This document shows positions 1 to 12,683 of a stretch of DNA of 32,958 bases, piece after piece. Made by a program: the position numbers and the translations under genes. The number at the start of each line of letters is the position of its first letter. Within the stretch, counting starts at the first letter, position 1. This stretch comes from Chiloscyllium plagiosum (Eukaryota). Below the pieces are notes generated by a model. The model saw nothing but the letters and a program-made list of their open reading frames with translations. It had not been told where the DNA came from and ran no database searches. The stretch is from positions 1 to 32,958 of the forward strand of contig NW_025215042.1 of NCBI RefSeq assembly GCF_004010195.1. The letters run 5' to 3'.

Positions 1-34
1 TATGTTCTATGTTCTATGTTCTATGTTCTATGTT
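1..34 (+). repeat. (TATGTTC)n microsatellite, probably the 3' tail of a CR1 LINE inserted into the ERV pol
   Basis: About five copies of a 7-mer, directly abutting retroviral RT sequence; CR1 elements typically end in short microsatellite tails. Confidence 0.7.
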
Positions 35-2870
35 AACTCTGCCAGCACACGGTTCAGTATTTGTGGTACGAGCTCTCACATGGCCTCAGGGCGTTATGCA
101 ATGAAAGAGTCGCAGCTATTTCTCAGTTTACCCCTCCAGCCACAGGAATACAGCTACAGGCTTTCATGGGGATGGTGAATTATTGAAGGCACTGCATCCC
201 AGACCACCTTGCCATTGACCAGCCCCTACGGGAGGCAGTCTCATGAAAGAAGCCCGCAAAAGTAACCTGGATACAACGGATGGAATGGGCATTCACTGAA
301 TTAAAACAGCGACTTGTGTCTGCTCCTATCCTGGGGGTCCCAGACTACACTCAGCCCCTTTATCTATATGCTAATGAATCGGAGGGATTTGCATTCGGCA
401 TCCCAACACAGCTCCATGGGGATCTCCGGCGCTCTGTTGCTTTTTACTTTGTCGACTTACCGCCTGTTGTCAGGGGAATGCCGCCATGTTTGAGAGCTGT
501 GGCAGCAGCCGCGGTAACAGTAGAGAAGGAGACACCCATTGTGCTGGATCACCCATGCACTGTTTTGGTTCCCCATTCTGTCTCCCTGCTGCAAAATTCA
601 GCAGCAACCCAACATTTCATTGCCCCCGGAGAACTGGCTATGAGATCGCTTTACTGTCCAAAGCCAACCTGTCCCTCCAACATGACCCTGCACTGAACCC
701 CGCCACCCTGTTCCCACTCACTCAGAACGCCATTGCGGACGACCACGACTGTTTAGACCTTATTCAGCAGGTTGTCACCCAGTGCCCTGACCTTTCTGAA
801 ACACCTCCTGACAATCCTGACATCATACTCCATACAGATGTCTCATCCTTCAGGCACACAGACCACTGTCTACTGGCAGGTTATGCTCCCCTTTCACAGT
901 CTTATAATGAACTGCGCTGCCAAAATACACATCCGCACAGGCTGCGGAGCTGTTTGTGCTCACTAGGGCTTGTATCATTGCTAAATAATTCACAGCAAAC
1001 ATTTATACAGACTCGAGATATACCTTCAGAGTCGTCCATGATTTTGGCACACTCTGGAAACTAAATTACTCCATTTCCAGAAACATTGTAGTTCCCATTT
1101 CTCAATCGGTGTCATTGTGCAGCATTACTATAAAACTGGTCTCATCCTCAGCTCTGGGAGGAGAAATCAAATTCTCTGTGCAGACTGTCAGTTCTGTGTC
1201 AGCTAGTCTGTTTTCTCCTCCACTGATATCGCTTGCAATGAACTCTTTGTCAATTTCACTTCGAGCTGTGTTTTGTGATCTCTAACCTACTGGGCAAATT
1301 TCTCTGACAGAAAGGTCATAAAATCTGGACCAAAGCAGTGATGCCCTCATCCCACGTGTGAATAAAAATAAACATTTCATAATCTGGAAACAGTTGGACC
1401 CTCCTGTGGGCTACACTGAGGGGTTTTATTCAGGCATAATTCAATAAATTCATATTAACACTTATTTTACTGCGTTACTAATCTTCGCTGTGAACCTAAA
1501 CAATGATATATTTGTGCAACTTCACGTCAGCAGGGAGGCCAGTACAATACGCTGCACTGGTTTCTAATCTACTGGAAGCAGTCCTGTTCCCCTCGGCCCT
1601 AGCAATTGTTAAATGCGCAGCCCACATCTCTGCCAGTGACCCAGTCACCCTCGGTTATGCCTCAGCTGACAAAGCAGCCCAGGATGCCACACTGCACCCC
1701 AACACCTACGTTCTGCAAGCCCCCACAATGGCGAAGGCCCTCGTACTCCCTGACCCCATGGAAGCAGTGCGAGCTGCTCAACAAGCTGCTCGACAGCAGG
1801 TAAAGGACAGTTGGGCCCGCATCAGGGCCACACAATCTCCTTCCCGCAACCTGCTAGTACACCCCGATAGCCGCTTCATTTTCCCAAGAACCCACCTACA
1901 CACACTGGCTCTAGCAGCCATCGGCATTGGCCACACTGGCAAGAGGGGCATGATACACACTGTCAATCAGTCCCGGTACACACCGGGATTCGCTGCCGCT
2001 GCCGAAGCCCTGCTGTCACAGTGCCTCATCTACCTGCAGAACAATGCAGGAAAGTCTGTTGCAAAATATGACCACCTGCCAGTTTCTGAGGGGCCTTTTA
2101 GCCACTTAGAGATTGACTTCACACACTTGCGCCAAAAACAGGATTACAAGTACATCCTGGTCATCATAGACGTGATCTCCAAATGGGTACAGGCATTTCC
2201 CACGAGAAAGGATAACATACATACAGTGGTTAAATGCCTCCTAAAGGATGACATCCCCAGATTTGGAGTCCCTGGTAGAATAGGGGCGGACAGGGGCACT
2301 TGCTTCACTGCTAGGCTTACAACTGTGATTAGCGAGGCTATAGAGGCTATATTAGCATTGCGACACCACAAACCCTACCAATCCCAGTCGTCAGTCATGG
2401 TTGAGTAGATGAATGGCACCCAGAAGACCACACTGATAAAAATCACCCAAGAAACGGGACTGACCTGGCAGACGCCTTGCCACTTGCCCTCTACACTATA
2501 CGTGCGCAGGCAAACTGCACGACTGGGCTCACCCCTTTTGAAGTACTTATGGGGCGGCCTATGCCCACTGCGACCACATTTCGAAACTCACCACAGACAC
2601 AACCCTAGTTCTGACACAAGAGGCCATCCTAGACTATGTCCAGGCCCTGAGCAGGAGCATTAATGTTGCACACGACCAGTTCAGGGCCCACACCACAAGC
2701 AGTGCCCATTCATCCGTTCCGACCCGGAGACTATGTCATGATCAAATCACTAGAAAAAGATTCTCTCTCCGCAAGGTGGGAAGGCCTGTCCCTGATCCTA
2801 AAGACGACACGGACTGCTGTGAAACTGGAAGCTCAAGAACTGGGTGAGACGGCACGCAGACAATGGGAAT
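35..2870 (+). mobile_element. pol: Decayed endogenous retrovirus pol (RT thumb/connection, RNase H, integrase); class I, gamma/epsilon-like
   Basis: Motifs across frames: LQAFMGMVNY*RHCIPD, LVSAPILGVPDYTQPLYLY, RGMPPCLRAVAAAA, LNPATLFP, HDCL, IILHTDVSS (YTDGSS-like), SAQAAEL, NIYTDSRY..VVHDFGTLWK, AIVKCAAH; integrase GPFSHLEIDFTHL, YILVIIDVISKWVQAFPT, IPRFGVPGRIGADRG, QSSVMVE*MNGT, HPFRPGDYVMIK..ARWEG. Many stops and frameshifts. Confidence 0.92.
1059..1520 (+). repeat. Diverged direct copy of 3129-3591 inserted inside the RNase H coding region
   Basis: Starts aactaaattactccatttcc and ends tttgtgcaac in both places (offset about 2070); colinear throughout with scattered substitutions. Confidence 0.9.
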
Positions 2871-3039
2871 ACACGTTAAGCTGCCGTGGATATGACAAGA
2901 CATCACAAAGCCCTAAGGGCAGTTTCACAACCCAGCAACAGCAAAGACACACAAAGAGCAGGACAGAGAGACAGGCACCACAGGAAAATGGAAGCACCTC
3001 ACCACTTCAGAAAAGAATTTAACACCTAAGTTTGAATAT

Positions 3040-3591
3040 AAATGGAGCTATGATACTATCAGGATGCTGCATTGTGTGAAGGAACAAGACATTCATCCGA
3101 TCAACTGTTTTCCAATTAGCATTCTTGTAACTAAATTACTCCATTTCCGGAAACATTGTAATTTCCCGTTTCTTAAGCACTGTTATTGTGCATCATTACG
3201 ATTAAACTGGTCTCCTTCTCAGCTCTGGGAGGAGAAATCAAATTCTCTGTGCAGATTGCCAGTCCTGTGCCCAGCTAGTCTGTTTTCACCTCCAGTGAAA
3301 TCGCTTCCAAACTGTTTGTCAATTTCACTTCGACCTGTGCTTTGCGATCTCCAACTTACTGGGCAAATTTCTGCGACAGAAAGATAATAAATTCTGGACC
3401 AAACAAGTCATGCCCTCATCCTACGTGCGAATTAAAAAAAAATCATTCCATAATGTGGAAACAGTTGGAACCTCCTGTGGACGACACTGAGGAGTTTTAT
3501 ATATTCATAATGCATGAAAGTCATATTACCATTTATTTTACTGCGTTACTGATCTCCGCTACGAACCTAAACAATGATGTCTTTGTGCAAC
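3040..3591 (+). other. ERV post-pol segment (possible accessory ORF or env leader), truncated
   Basis: Follows the integrase C-terminus; overlapping Cys/Trp-rich ORFs 3064-3387 and 3342-3749, the latter with a hydrophobic stretch ITIYFTALLISAT. No transmembrane-subunit motifs follow. Confidence 0.4.
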
Positions 3592-3954
3592 AGCATAGGT
3601 CTTTGAGTGGGGCAGGCAAGGCCAATCGAGGGGTTGGTTCCAGGAGCGGGTCACCTGAAAGGGTGGGGGAGGCAGAGTGGAATGAGGCGTTCGGGACAGG
3701 AACACAGTGCCTGGGGGTGTGTTTAAGGCAAGGTCAATTGAGGGGTTAAGATCAGGAACATAGTGCCTGCGAATGTGGGGGAGCATGTTCAGAGAGTTCT
3801 ACAGAACGGAGAAAGATCCTTATTCCCAACCTGGCCCGTACCAATCAAAGTATCCATCCATCATAACCCTAATTTTATGGACTTTACCCGCGTCCTTGGG
3901 GTAAACCTTTCCTAACCATGTATTTGTTCAAATGCTTTTTAAAAGCTGTCAGTT

Positions 3955-4455
3955 GAGGGGTTAATGTATTGAATACAGTGACTGAGTTTGTGAGAGAGGC
4001 AGGGTTTATTAAGGATTTATTGTTTGAACGTGCTGCCTGACACTATAATATGTTTAGGGACGATAACTGTCTGCCTGAGACTATGGGTCCTGTTCCTTCT
4101 TCAGGAAGGAGGCCCGAAACGTCGATTCTCCTGCTCCTCGGATGCTGCCTGGCCTGCTGTGTTTTCCAGCACAACATTTTTCAACTCTGGTCTCCAACAT
4201 CTGCAGTCCTCACTTTCTCCTGCCTGAGAATATGGGTAACGCAGGGTCAATCGAGAGTTTAGTGTCTGGATATGCAGCCTGACAATGTCGGGGAGGCAGA
4301 TTTGATCGACGGTTTAGGGTCTGAACGTGCTGCTTGAGAGTGTTGGCAAAACATGATCGATCACGGTGTTCAAGCCTGAAATGCGCTGCCTGTGAGTGTG
4401 AAGGTGGCAGAATTGATTAAGGGGCTGGGGTCTCATACATCCTGCCTGAAAGAGC
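3955..4455 (+). repeat. Degenerate tandem array (~55-60 bp unit) resembling the CR1 ORF2 C-terminal WNALPESVVEAG segment
   Basis: Recurring tgaacgtgctgcctga / gaggcag / tcaatcga-like blocks near 3980, 4025, 4270, 4322, 4378 and 4440. Confidence 0.55.
4089..4219 (+). mobile_element. Short Penelope-like terminal fragment with an 18-bp target-site duplication
   Basis: gcccgaaacgtcgattctcctgctcctcggatgctgcc...gtcctcactttctc, flanked by ctgcctgagactatgggt (4071-4088) and ctgcctgagaatatgggt (4220-4237). Confidence 0.75.
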
Positions 4456-4523
4456 AGTGCGAGCATATTCAATCAGGAGCTTGTCGAGTAGAGTTGGACA
4501 AAAAATGGAAAGGGACACTTCAA

Positions 4524-4745
4524 CAGTCGGCACTCCTTCAGTACCAAACTCTGACAATATGGCACTCCGTCTGTATTGGTCTGCGACAGTAGGGAACTCC
4601 TGTATTGAGCATTCGATAGTACAGCACTCCCTAGTAGTGATCCTTCTAACAATTCAGCACTCCCTAAGTACTGATAATCCAACAGTATGGTGATTCCTTA
4701 GTTTTGACCCTCTGACAGTGCAGCACTCCTTCAGTATTGACACTT
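4524..4745 (+). repeat. Degenerate ~33-bp minisatellite (cagtgcagcactccctcagtactgaccctctga-like)
   Basis: About seven diverged units sharing cagt..gcactcc..cagta.tga. Confidence 0.7.
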
Positions 4746-4984
4746 AGTTGCTACTTTTCCTGTGAATCTATCTGCAGTTTACCTTCGCTGATCTGACACT
4801 CATTCCGTTGTAATTCTCTTTATAAAAATCAAACACACTTGATTCTGATGCAAATTGCTCCCTCCCAGACTGAATATTATATGCTATCTTATTTTACTTG
4901 CTAAGTCTGAGAAGATCTTTCGCTCAGAGATCCTTCCTTAAACCTGCCCCATTCCCATTTTAAGATCCAGTACAAACAACAACA

Positions 4985-7900
4985 AGAAAATAAGAAGCAG
5001 TAGCAGGAGTAGGCCAATTGGCCCTTTGAACCTGTTCTACTAGTCAATAATATCATGGCTAATCTTTTCATGACCTCACCCCAGTTCGCCACCTTCTCAC
5101 CAAAATCCTTAATTCCTTTACTGTCCAAAAAATTACATATCTTGTCTTTAAAAACATTTAATAAGAAAGCCACAACTATTTAATTGAGCAAGGATTTCCA
5201 CAAATTCTATACCCTCTGAGTGAAGAAGTTCCTTCTCAATTCAGTCCTAAATCTGCTCCTCCAGCTTTGACGCTGTGCCTTCTTGTTCTAGATTCACCTG
5301 CCAGTGGAAACAACCTCGCTAATTCGATCCTATCTATTCCCTTCATGATTTGATACGTTTCATTAAGATCTCCCATCATTCTTCTAAATTCCAATTAACC
5401 TAATCCCAGCCACCTCAGTCTTTCATCATAATTCAATCCCTTCAACTCCAGAATGAACCTAATGGATCTCCTCTGCACTCCTTCTCGTGCCCGTACATCC
5501 TTTCCCAAGTAAGGAGACCAGACTTGGACACAGTATTGCAGTTGTGGCCTCACCAGCAGCCTTTCATATAACCTCCCTGCCTTTCAATGCAACCGCATCA
5601 GCATTGACAGACAAAATTCTTAATTACCTACTGTAATTGTAAACGAACCTTTTGTATAGCTTGCACAATCCCCTGTGCGCAAGCAGCTTGTTGCAATTAT
5701 TACTATTCAAATAATAGTCATTTTTACTGTTATTCCTACTAACATGGATGACATCACATTTATTAACACGTACTCTTTCTGCCAGACATTTGTGCACTCA
5801 CTTAATCCACCTTTATTCCTCTGCAAACCTTCACTGTTCTCTACACATGTTGCTCTAACCCTCATATAAATGTCACCTGCAAACTTTGGCACACGACACG
5901 TGGACCCAAATTCCAAACCATCAATGCGAACTGTGACGAATTGTGGTCGCAATTCTGATTTCTGAGGGACACCACTAGTCAATGATCACCAACCAAAAAA
6001 TATTCATTTGTCCCCACTCTATTTCCTGTCAGTTAACCAATTCTCTGTTCATGCTAATAGATTGCCAATAACGCCACACAATCTCTTATCCAGCAGCCTT
6101 TTGTGAGGCATCTTGTCGAATTGCTTTTGGAAATCTGGATACTCCACATCTTCTGAGTTCCCATTGTCCACAGAGCTGGGAATGTCTTCATATAATTCCA
6201 GGAGTTTAGTTAAGGATGACTTGCCTTTCATGCTTTCATGCTGCATCTGTCTAATAGGACAATTTTAATCATGATGTTTTGCTAATTCTTCCTTGGTAAT
6301 AGATTCAAGTATTTTCCTCACTACTGAAGTTAAGATAACACGTCTATAATTCTCCATCTTTTGTGACCCTCCTTTTCTAAAAAGATAGAGTCACGTTTGT
6401 TGTTTTCCAATCTGCCAGAACTGTCCTCGAGTCCAGCGAACTTTGGAAAATTACCAATAGTGCATTTGCTATTTTTCCCACTATCTCTTTTCATACCCTA
6501 AGATGCATTCCATTAGAACCAGGAGACTCTTGTACTTTTATCTCCATTAGCTTTCAAGCACTACTTATTTTTTGACAATGATTATATCTGGGATCTCAAC
6601 CTACCTAAGCCTCCTTGACAATTACCGGCATGTTCTTTGTGTCCTTCACTGTGATGTTTTACAAAGACGTTTCCTCAGATCCCATTATTTAATCACCCTT
6701 CTCATTTTCTAAAGGACCAATGTTTACTTGAGCCACAATTTTTCACTTTCTACTCTCGAAACCTTTGCTAACGGTCATTAAAGTTTGAAATCGGAAAATC
6801 TCACAATCTATCCTACTTTTCTATATAGTTTTTAAATGTAGCTTTCTGTTGATCCTTGACGTTTTCCCAATCTTCTAGTTTCCCGCTGGTCTTTGCCACT
6901 TTGTATGCCTTCTCTTTCAATTTTATTGCCTTCCTTATTTCCTTTGGCATCCATAACAGGTTACCACCTTTTTACAGTCCTTCATTTCCGTTGGAATATA
7001 CGTCTGCTGAACACTTTGAAAAATTGCTTTGGATGTCCTCTACTGTTCATCAACATACCTACCTTAACGTCTTTGCTTCAATTCCTACTTTAGCCATCAC
7101 TCCCTCAACCTATTGTCCTATCCCTTGTTTTCATACAGGACCCTGATATTGGATCATATCTTCTGAGTTTCCAACTGTATTCTAAACTCAACCATACTGC
7201 GATCTTTCTGACTAACAGGATCTCTTACGAGGAGCTCATTAATTATTCCTGTCTCATAACAGAGGACGAGACCTAGGGTAGATTGTTCCATTGTTGGTTC
7301 CATAACATACTGTTGTCCGCCCTTTCAATTTCTTTCATGGGTCTGCCATGTAGTTAAACTCTGCCCACATGCAATCCTGCTGCTTCCCTGTCGTTTGCCC
7401 CTCCCATCTCCCTCCACCTTTGCACTAGTTTGAATTTCAAGTGACCACCCTATTTGCCCTTTTCGCTGCAACACTGGTTCTATGTCATTTCGGATAGAGA
7501 CCGTCCCATTAGTATGGATTCTCCCATTCAAAACCGGATGCCAATTTCCAACACCACTCCATGTGCCATGTGTTTACTTCGCTTTTTTTTAATCACTAAG
7601 CAAAGTTGCACGTGGCTCAGGTAGTAACCCGAAGATTATAAACCTTGAGTACATGTTTCTTAATTACTTTGCGAGTGCTTGATAATCAAAAACAGGTAAT
7701 TCCTTCTAGCAATGCCTGTGTTGTTTGTCTCAAACTGAACCACAGCAACTGGATCCTCCACCTCTGCCCTCTCCAATATCTTTTCAAACTAGTCAGAGAT
7801 GTCCCTTACCCGAACTCAGGGCAGACAACACACCATGAGAGACATGTTTTCCTGCTTACAATGGTTACGATCTATCCGTCAATTAGAAAATCCGTTACAG

Positions 7901-9210
7901 CTATCGATTTACTTTTGTTACCCCCATTTTTCTCTCTGAATTATCTGCCATATTGCTCCACTCACGAGTAATATCGGGACAGAAAATCCTTTGAGAACAC
8001 TACCTTAGTCATCTGGTTCCAGACATTGATTACCACCGTGATCCTCAGTGATCATACTTTCATTTTCTTTTCCTCTTAACTCATTGTTAAGTTTTCCCTT
8101 GATCTTTATGTACCCCTTTATACTTTTTTGCTGTTTCAACCCACAGTGGAGACGATAAGGATGTATAGGACTTACTGGTTTTGAGGGTTTCAAATTTTTT
8201 TTTGAATTGGACATCCTGGCACTGTACTCTCCCTATTTCATTCTCTAATGTGCAAACTTTATGACACAGGCTTGTCGAAAAAAAGTCTACTTTCAGTCCA
8301 CTCTGGCCAATCCTCACATGTCTTTATTTAAAGGAGCCTTTTTCTGATTTAGATCTTTGATTTCAGGCCGATTCTCATCTTTTGTTTTCCATATACATCT
8401 TGATTATAACAGAGTCTCTAATCTCCAGCATCTGCAGTCCTCAACTTCTTGATTACAATGGATTTGTCAACTACTGAATATATTTTAAGAATTTTCCTCA
8501 TCTAAACCATTCACGTTATGGTTATTCCAATAAATAAAGGGAAAGTTGAAACTACCACTCCAGCTCCGTATGAATTTGACAATTCCTCGAAATGTACCCA
8601 CATATATACTCATTTGATTTTTCAGGAGTAGTAGAGGGCATATAGTACATTCCATAATGATATAATTGCTCCTTCTTGATTTGTTTTTCATTACATTTAA
8701 TTGGGTAACTTTACTTGAAGAAATCCTCATGCTTTATCATTCTGCATTCATGACAATTTATCACTGATCAAAATTATGAATTGCCCTGTGTTCTTTACTG
8801 CCTCCCTGTCTCGCTTGAAGCCTGTACATTCGGGAATATCGATCTGCCAATCCCTCTACTTGCCTTCACTGACATTAATGACTTCAATTCCGGTCTCTTA
8901 TCTTGTGACATCAAGTCCTTGTTGTTCAGACCCCTTGATTGAAAACATGCATCATCCAATCTTAACAATCTAAATTTTGCTTCACCATGACTGGCTTTCT
9001 GCTTATTAGACCCTCCTGACATATTTCCGGACTGCCTCTTCTAGATCTTACTCTATGCCTCCCCTGACGACCCATTCCTCCGGATTCCTCTCCCCTACAT
9101 CTTAGTTTACACCTGCACCAATAGCATGAAAAAGCGTTACAGTGGAGATGCTGTTCCCATTCTGTTTAAGTTACAACTGTTCGACCTTTGCTGCTACCTG
9201 CCCAATAATT
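4985..9210 (-). mobile_element. Long decayed CR1 LINE (3' UTR, RT, endonuclease, ORF1 end) with an internal insertion at about 7315-8480
   Basis: Minus-strand peptides SGVPQKSEL..KFAGD, KGKSSLTKLLELYED..DVEYPDFQKQFDKMPHKRLL, and endonuclease-like SGSFNFPFIYW; CR1-type 3' end near 4990. Confidence 0.85.
7316..7930 (-). mobile_element. Fragment of a second CR1 ORF1 (SGNH esterase-like) nested in the long CR1
   Basis: Minus strand reads ..DGLYPK*HRTSVAAKRANRVV, resembling the DGLHL..GT end of CR1 ORF1 esterases; it interrupts the endonuclease region. Confidence 0.5.
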
Positions 9211-9505
9211 GTCACAATGGCCCAGATAGCAAAATCATCAAGATAAATTTCGCATGAACTAAAAACAGAAGTATAAAGTAGTCGCATCGAGATAGACCTA
9301 TGATGCACATTGATGATTTGCAAAACAGTTTGAGTGAAATATAAATAAATGGTGCAAAGAAATGCAAAGGATTTACGAGATAAGAAGAGGGGGTTGATGA
9401 GGGTGTTTGGGGGAACATTCATCCTAGTAGAGCAGGCAAAAAATCAGCACAATCCTTAGAAAAAAGATTCTTGAAAGAGTATCAGATAAACCATAACATT
9501 CAAGG

Positions 9506-9632
9506 TTGAAAAATGTAGTGCTGGAGAAACCCGAGGAGTCGGGGATGCTGATTGGCCTGATAAGTTTTTCCAGCACCACATTTTTCAACTCTGGTCTCCA
9601 GCATCTGCAGTCCTCACTTTCTCCAAGTTGAT
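9506..9632 (+). mobile_element. Fold-back Penelope-like mini-element with a 14-bp target-site duplication
   Basis: ttgaaaaatgtagtgctggagaaac pairs with gtttttccagcaccacatttttcaa; flanked by cataacattcaagg (9492-9505) and cataactttcaagg (9633-9646). Confidence 0.75.
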
Positions 9633-11430
9633 CATAACTTTCAAGGCTATGGATCGTATACTCAAAAATGAGAAGAGTTAGTAGACTGTAGTTTTGGCAA
9701 AGCAGCCTCGATGGTGCAAAGGCTTTATTATTTTCTGGGTGATTGTATGAATGTGTTACGACATGAGGTAAAACCTACCCCCAGTCCCTCCCTCCAAGTT
9801 AACTTAAATCAGCAACACCGAAACGATTTACTCCATTCGGTAATCTGAAACTTAGAGACATTAAGAACTGTCACAAAAGTCACTATTTGTAGTAAAAGTT
9901 AGCGACATTTTTTTTTATCTAACAGTGAATAATAACTAACAAGTATTTGCAACTCATTTATCTAAGCATACAACCTTCCCGTCTACAATACTGGTTTGAT
10001 AAGACACCTGAATAAGATTTGCTGAAACATTCAAATTTCAAACAATAAGCCAGCTGTTCAATGTTCTCTTTGTACCTTCCTCTGTAGATTTGCTCTGCAG
10101 ATTGGTGTCAATGCTTTTTTCCTGTGCAAACCCATTCTCTAGACAGGTACCTCTCAGAGAATTCTGACTAGCAGCCTACATCTGTTCGTCTTTTGGCAGT
10201 GCATTCTCAACCGTTCAATTCTTTTACCCCTGGTCTTTTACCTCAAAACATCGGATCATTTCATGTTTTGATATTGCCAAAATTCCAATTTTAAAGTTGA
10301 TTGGGATATGGTGTCTTGGGACATAGTGTAAACTGATTGGCCGAATTTGAATTTGCTTTCGTCTCATCGCAACCCAACCAGTGCGAGCTGTTCTGACCAA
10401 GCGTTACATTGTTACTTTGTTCTGGAATCTCTGTGCCTCTCGAAGTCCTTGTTAGCTTTCAACTGTCTTAAAGGTACAGTACCACTTACAACAACGACTG
10501 CCACAGAAACAAATTCGTTACAAGTCAATTATTATTTCAGGAACGTGGAAAACTGAAATATTACTCGATGAAATCACAGAACCAAAAGCTCACGCGGAAA
10601 TTATGTGTATTACTTCATACTTAATATAGCGCAAGAAGCATTCATCATGCAATATTTATCACACAGTTTACATTACAACATCTTGCAAAAGAGGTCAGTC
10701 AATGTGAATGTGTGATCCAGGAAGTTAGAACACAATGAAGAGTTTGGAATTGCACACTATGTTTCATTGAGGTTGTGAATAAAATATATCAAGTTGTATT
10801 TCAGCTTGATGAATCCCCATCAGAACTGGAAAATGTTTGAAATGTCACTTTATTTAATTGTGGAAATGGAGGCTTGAGGAAAGTATTCAAACGAAGGTTA
10901 AAAAAAAACCCACAAGGCTCTGGTAGGAAGAAAGGTATGAGTGATTATTTGTGGTGAAGGATGAAAACACAACAAAAAATCTGGACGATGCAATATTCTG
11001 TAGAATACATCAAATTTGCAGGATTCTTTCCTGGAACAACTAATGGGTCAAGTGAAAACAACTAGGGGAATTTGTCTCATAAAATTCTTCTTTTCAAGAA
11101 TATCGAAATACTTCTCTGCATTAAATATATCATTACATCTGTATCATTAATGCACATCAGAATTGAAGTATGCATGCAGTGTGCCTTACGAGACTCGACA
11201 ATCCGAACCTCCAGTTTCAGAACGACATTTCTTTTTAAAACCTTTGGTTATCGAACAATGCCATGTTGTGACTTGGCAATAACTCTTCCTTAGCCAACAT
11301 GTAGCTCCGTTTCATCAACAATTTCGTCATTTCCTTTTCCGCAACCCAAAAGAAAACATATTTGGTAAGTTCTGAAACACAACAACAAATGCATGACCTA
11401 TGCCACAGTAGAATGTAAAGCTTAGAACTT

Positions 11431-11722
11431 GGGCCGGCATGGTGGCTCAGTGGGTCGCACTGCTACCTAACAGTGTCAGGGTCTGATTCCCGCCGGAGGC
11501 AACTATTTGTGTGGAGGTTGCACATTCTTCTTGTGTCTGCATGGATTTCCTCCCAAAATCCAAACGATGTGCAGGCCAAGTGAATAATCATGCCAAATTG
11601 CCCGTACTGTTAGGTGCATTAGTCAGGTGTAAATGTAGGAAAATTGTCTGGATGTTTTTTTTCGAGGGTTGGTGCACGCTTGTTTGGTCAAATGGCCTGT
11701 TTCCACACTGCAGCGAATCTAA
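11431..11722 (+). mobile_element. tRNA-derived SINE (HE1/V-SINE type)
   Basis: ggcatggtggctcagtgg A-box, degenerate B-box, gtgtggag-ttgcacattct core, CR1-like tail aatggcctgtttccacactg. Confidence 0.85.
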
Positions 11723-12345
11723 TATAGAAAAAGATACGAAGGCCCTTCAGCCTACTCTATGTATGCTGTCCATGTCGTCATAAGCCATTTGTCTGCACAT
11801 GGTCTTTTTCTCAATTCTCTGGCTTTTCATGCATTTGTCTAAATAATTATTTGATGTCCTTATTGTATCTAATTCTAACATTTACTCTGGCAGCATGTTC
11901 CAGGCCATGTCCACATGCTGTGTAAATGTTTCTTGCAAATCCGCTTTAATTGTTGCCTTAAAACTATGCAGCCTATTATGTGACATTTCTCCACGAGGCT
12001 TAAAGGCTCTGACTATCAATTCATCTCATCATTTTGCAATTCTATCAGGTTTTCCCTTGGCCTCTGAAACTCTTGAGGTCCTGAATACAAATACACCACT
12101 CTTCTAATGATAACTGATGGATTGTGATCCGTGAAATATCCTGGTTACCCTATCGCACATTTTACAAACACGACATATCCTTTACTATATTGTTGCAAAC
12201 AAAACTGCACACAATACTCCAAAGCGGCTCAAATCTTATATGCTTACAATATGACTGGCCAACTTTCCCAGTGAAGGATCATACTAATGAAGGTAAGCAT
12301 TGCATATTCCTTCTTTACCACCTTATGCACTTGTGTTATCACTTT
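11723..12345 (-). mobile_element. Old CR1 3' fragment
   Basis: aggcccttcagccta.., ggcagcatgttccaggccatgtccac and aactgcacacaatactcc blocks shared with the other CR1 copies here. Confidence 0.65.
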
Positions 12346-12683
12346 CGGGGTAGAAATTGTATTCTTCATTACAAAAGAATGAAAAAGGAAATCTGAATTA
12401 AGTTTGGTAATCGTCAATGTCAATTCAATAAAACCTACAATTAAGTTTAGATTTAATTAAAATGAGACTAGTTAAATGGATATCATGTAACCAGTTAAAA
12501 TAGCTGAAAATAGCTACTCTAATTCACTAACATGCCTCTTCAAAGGAAATCTGCCTGTCATACATGGTCCACATTTCACAAAAGATATATAAGCAATACA
12601 GTTGAATCAGAAACGATCTTTGAAGCCGCTTAGGAAGTCAGTCACATGCGGAGATAGATTCACGCATAACTACGCACATATGT

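Noticed and set aside
1059..3591. The ~460-bp direct repeats read as a pair of LTRs
   Set aside because: No TG...CA ends, primer-binding site or polypurine tract seen, and the first copy lies inside a pol that continues on both sides.
4524..4745. CRISPR-like periodicity of ~33 bp
   Set aside because: Head-to-tail degenerate units with no unique spacers, no cas genes, vertebrate context.
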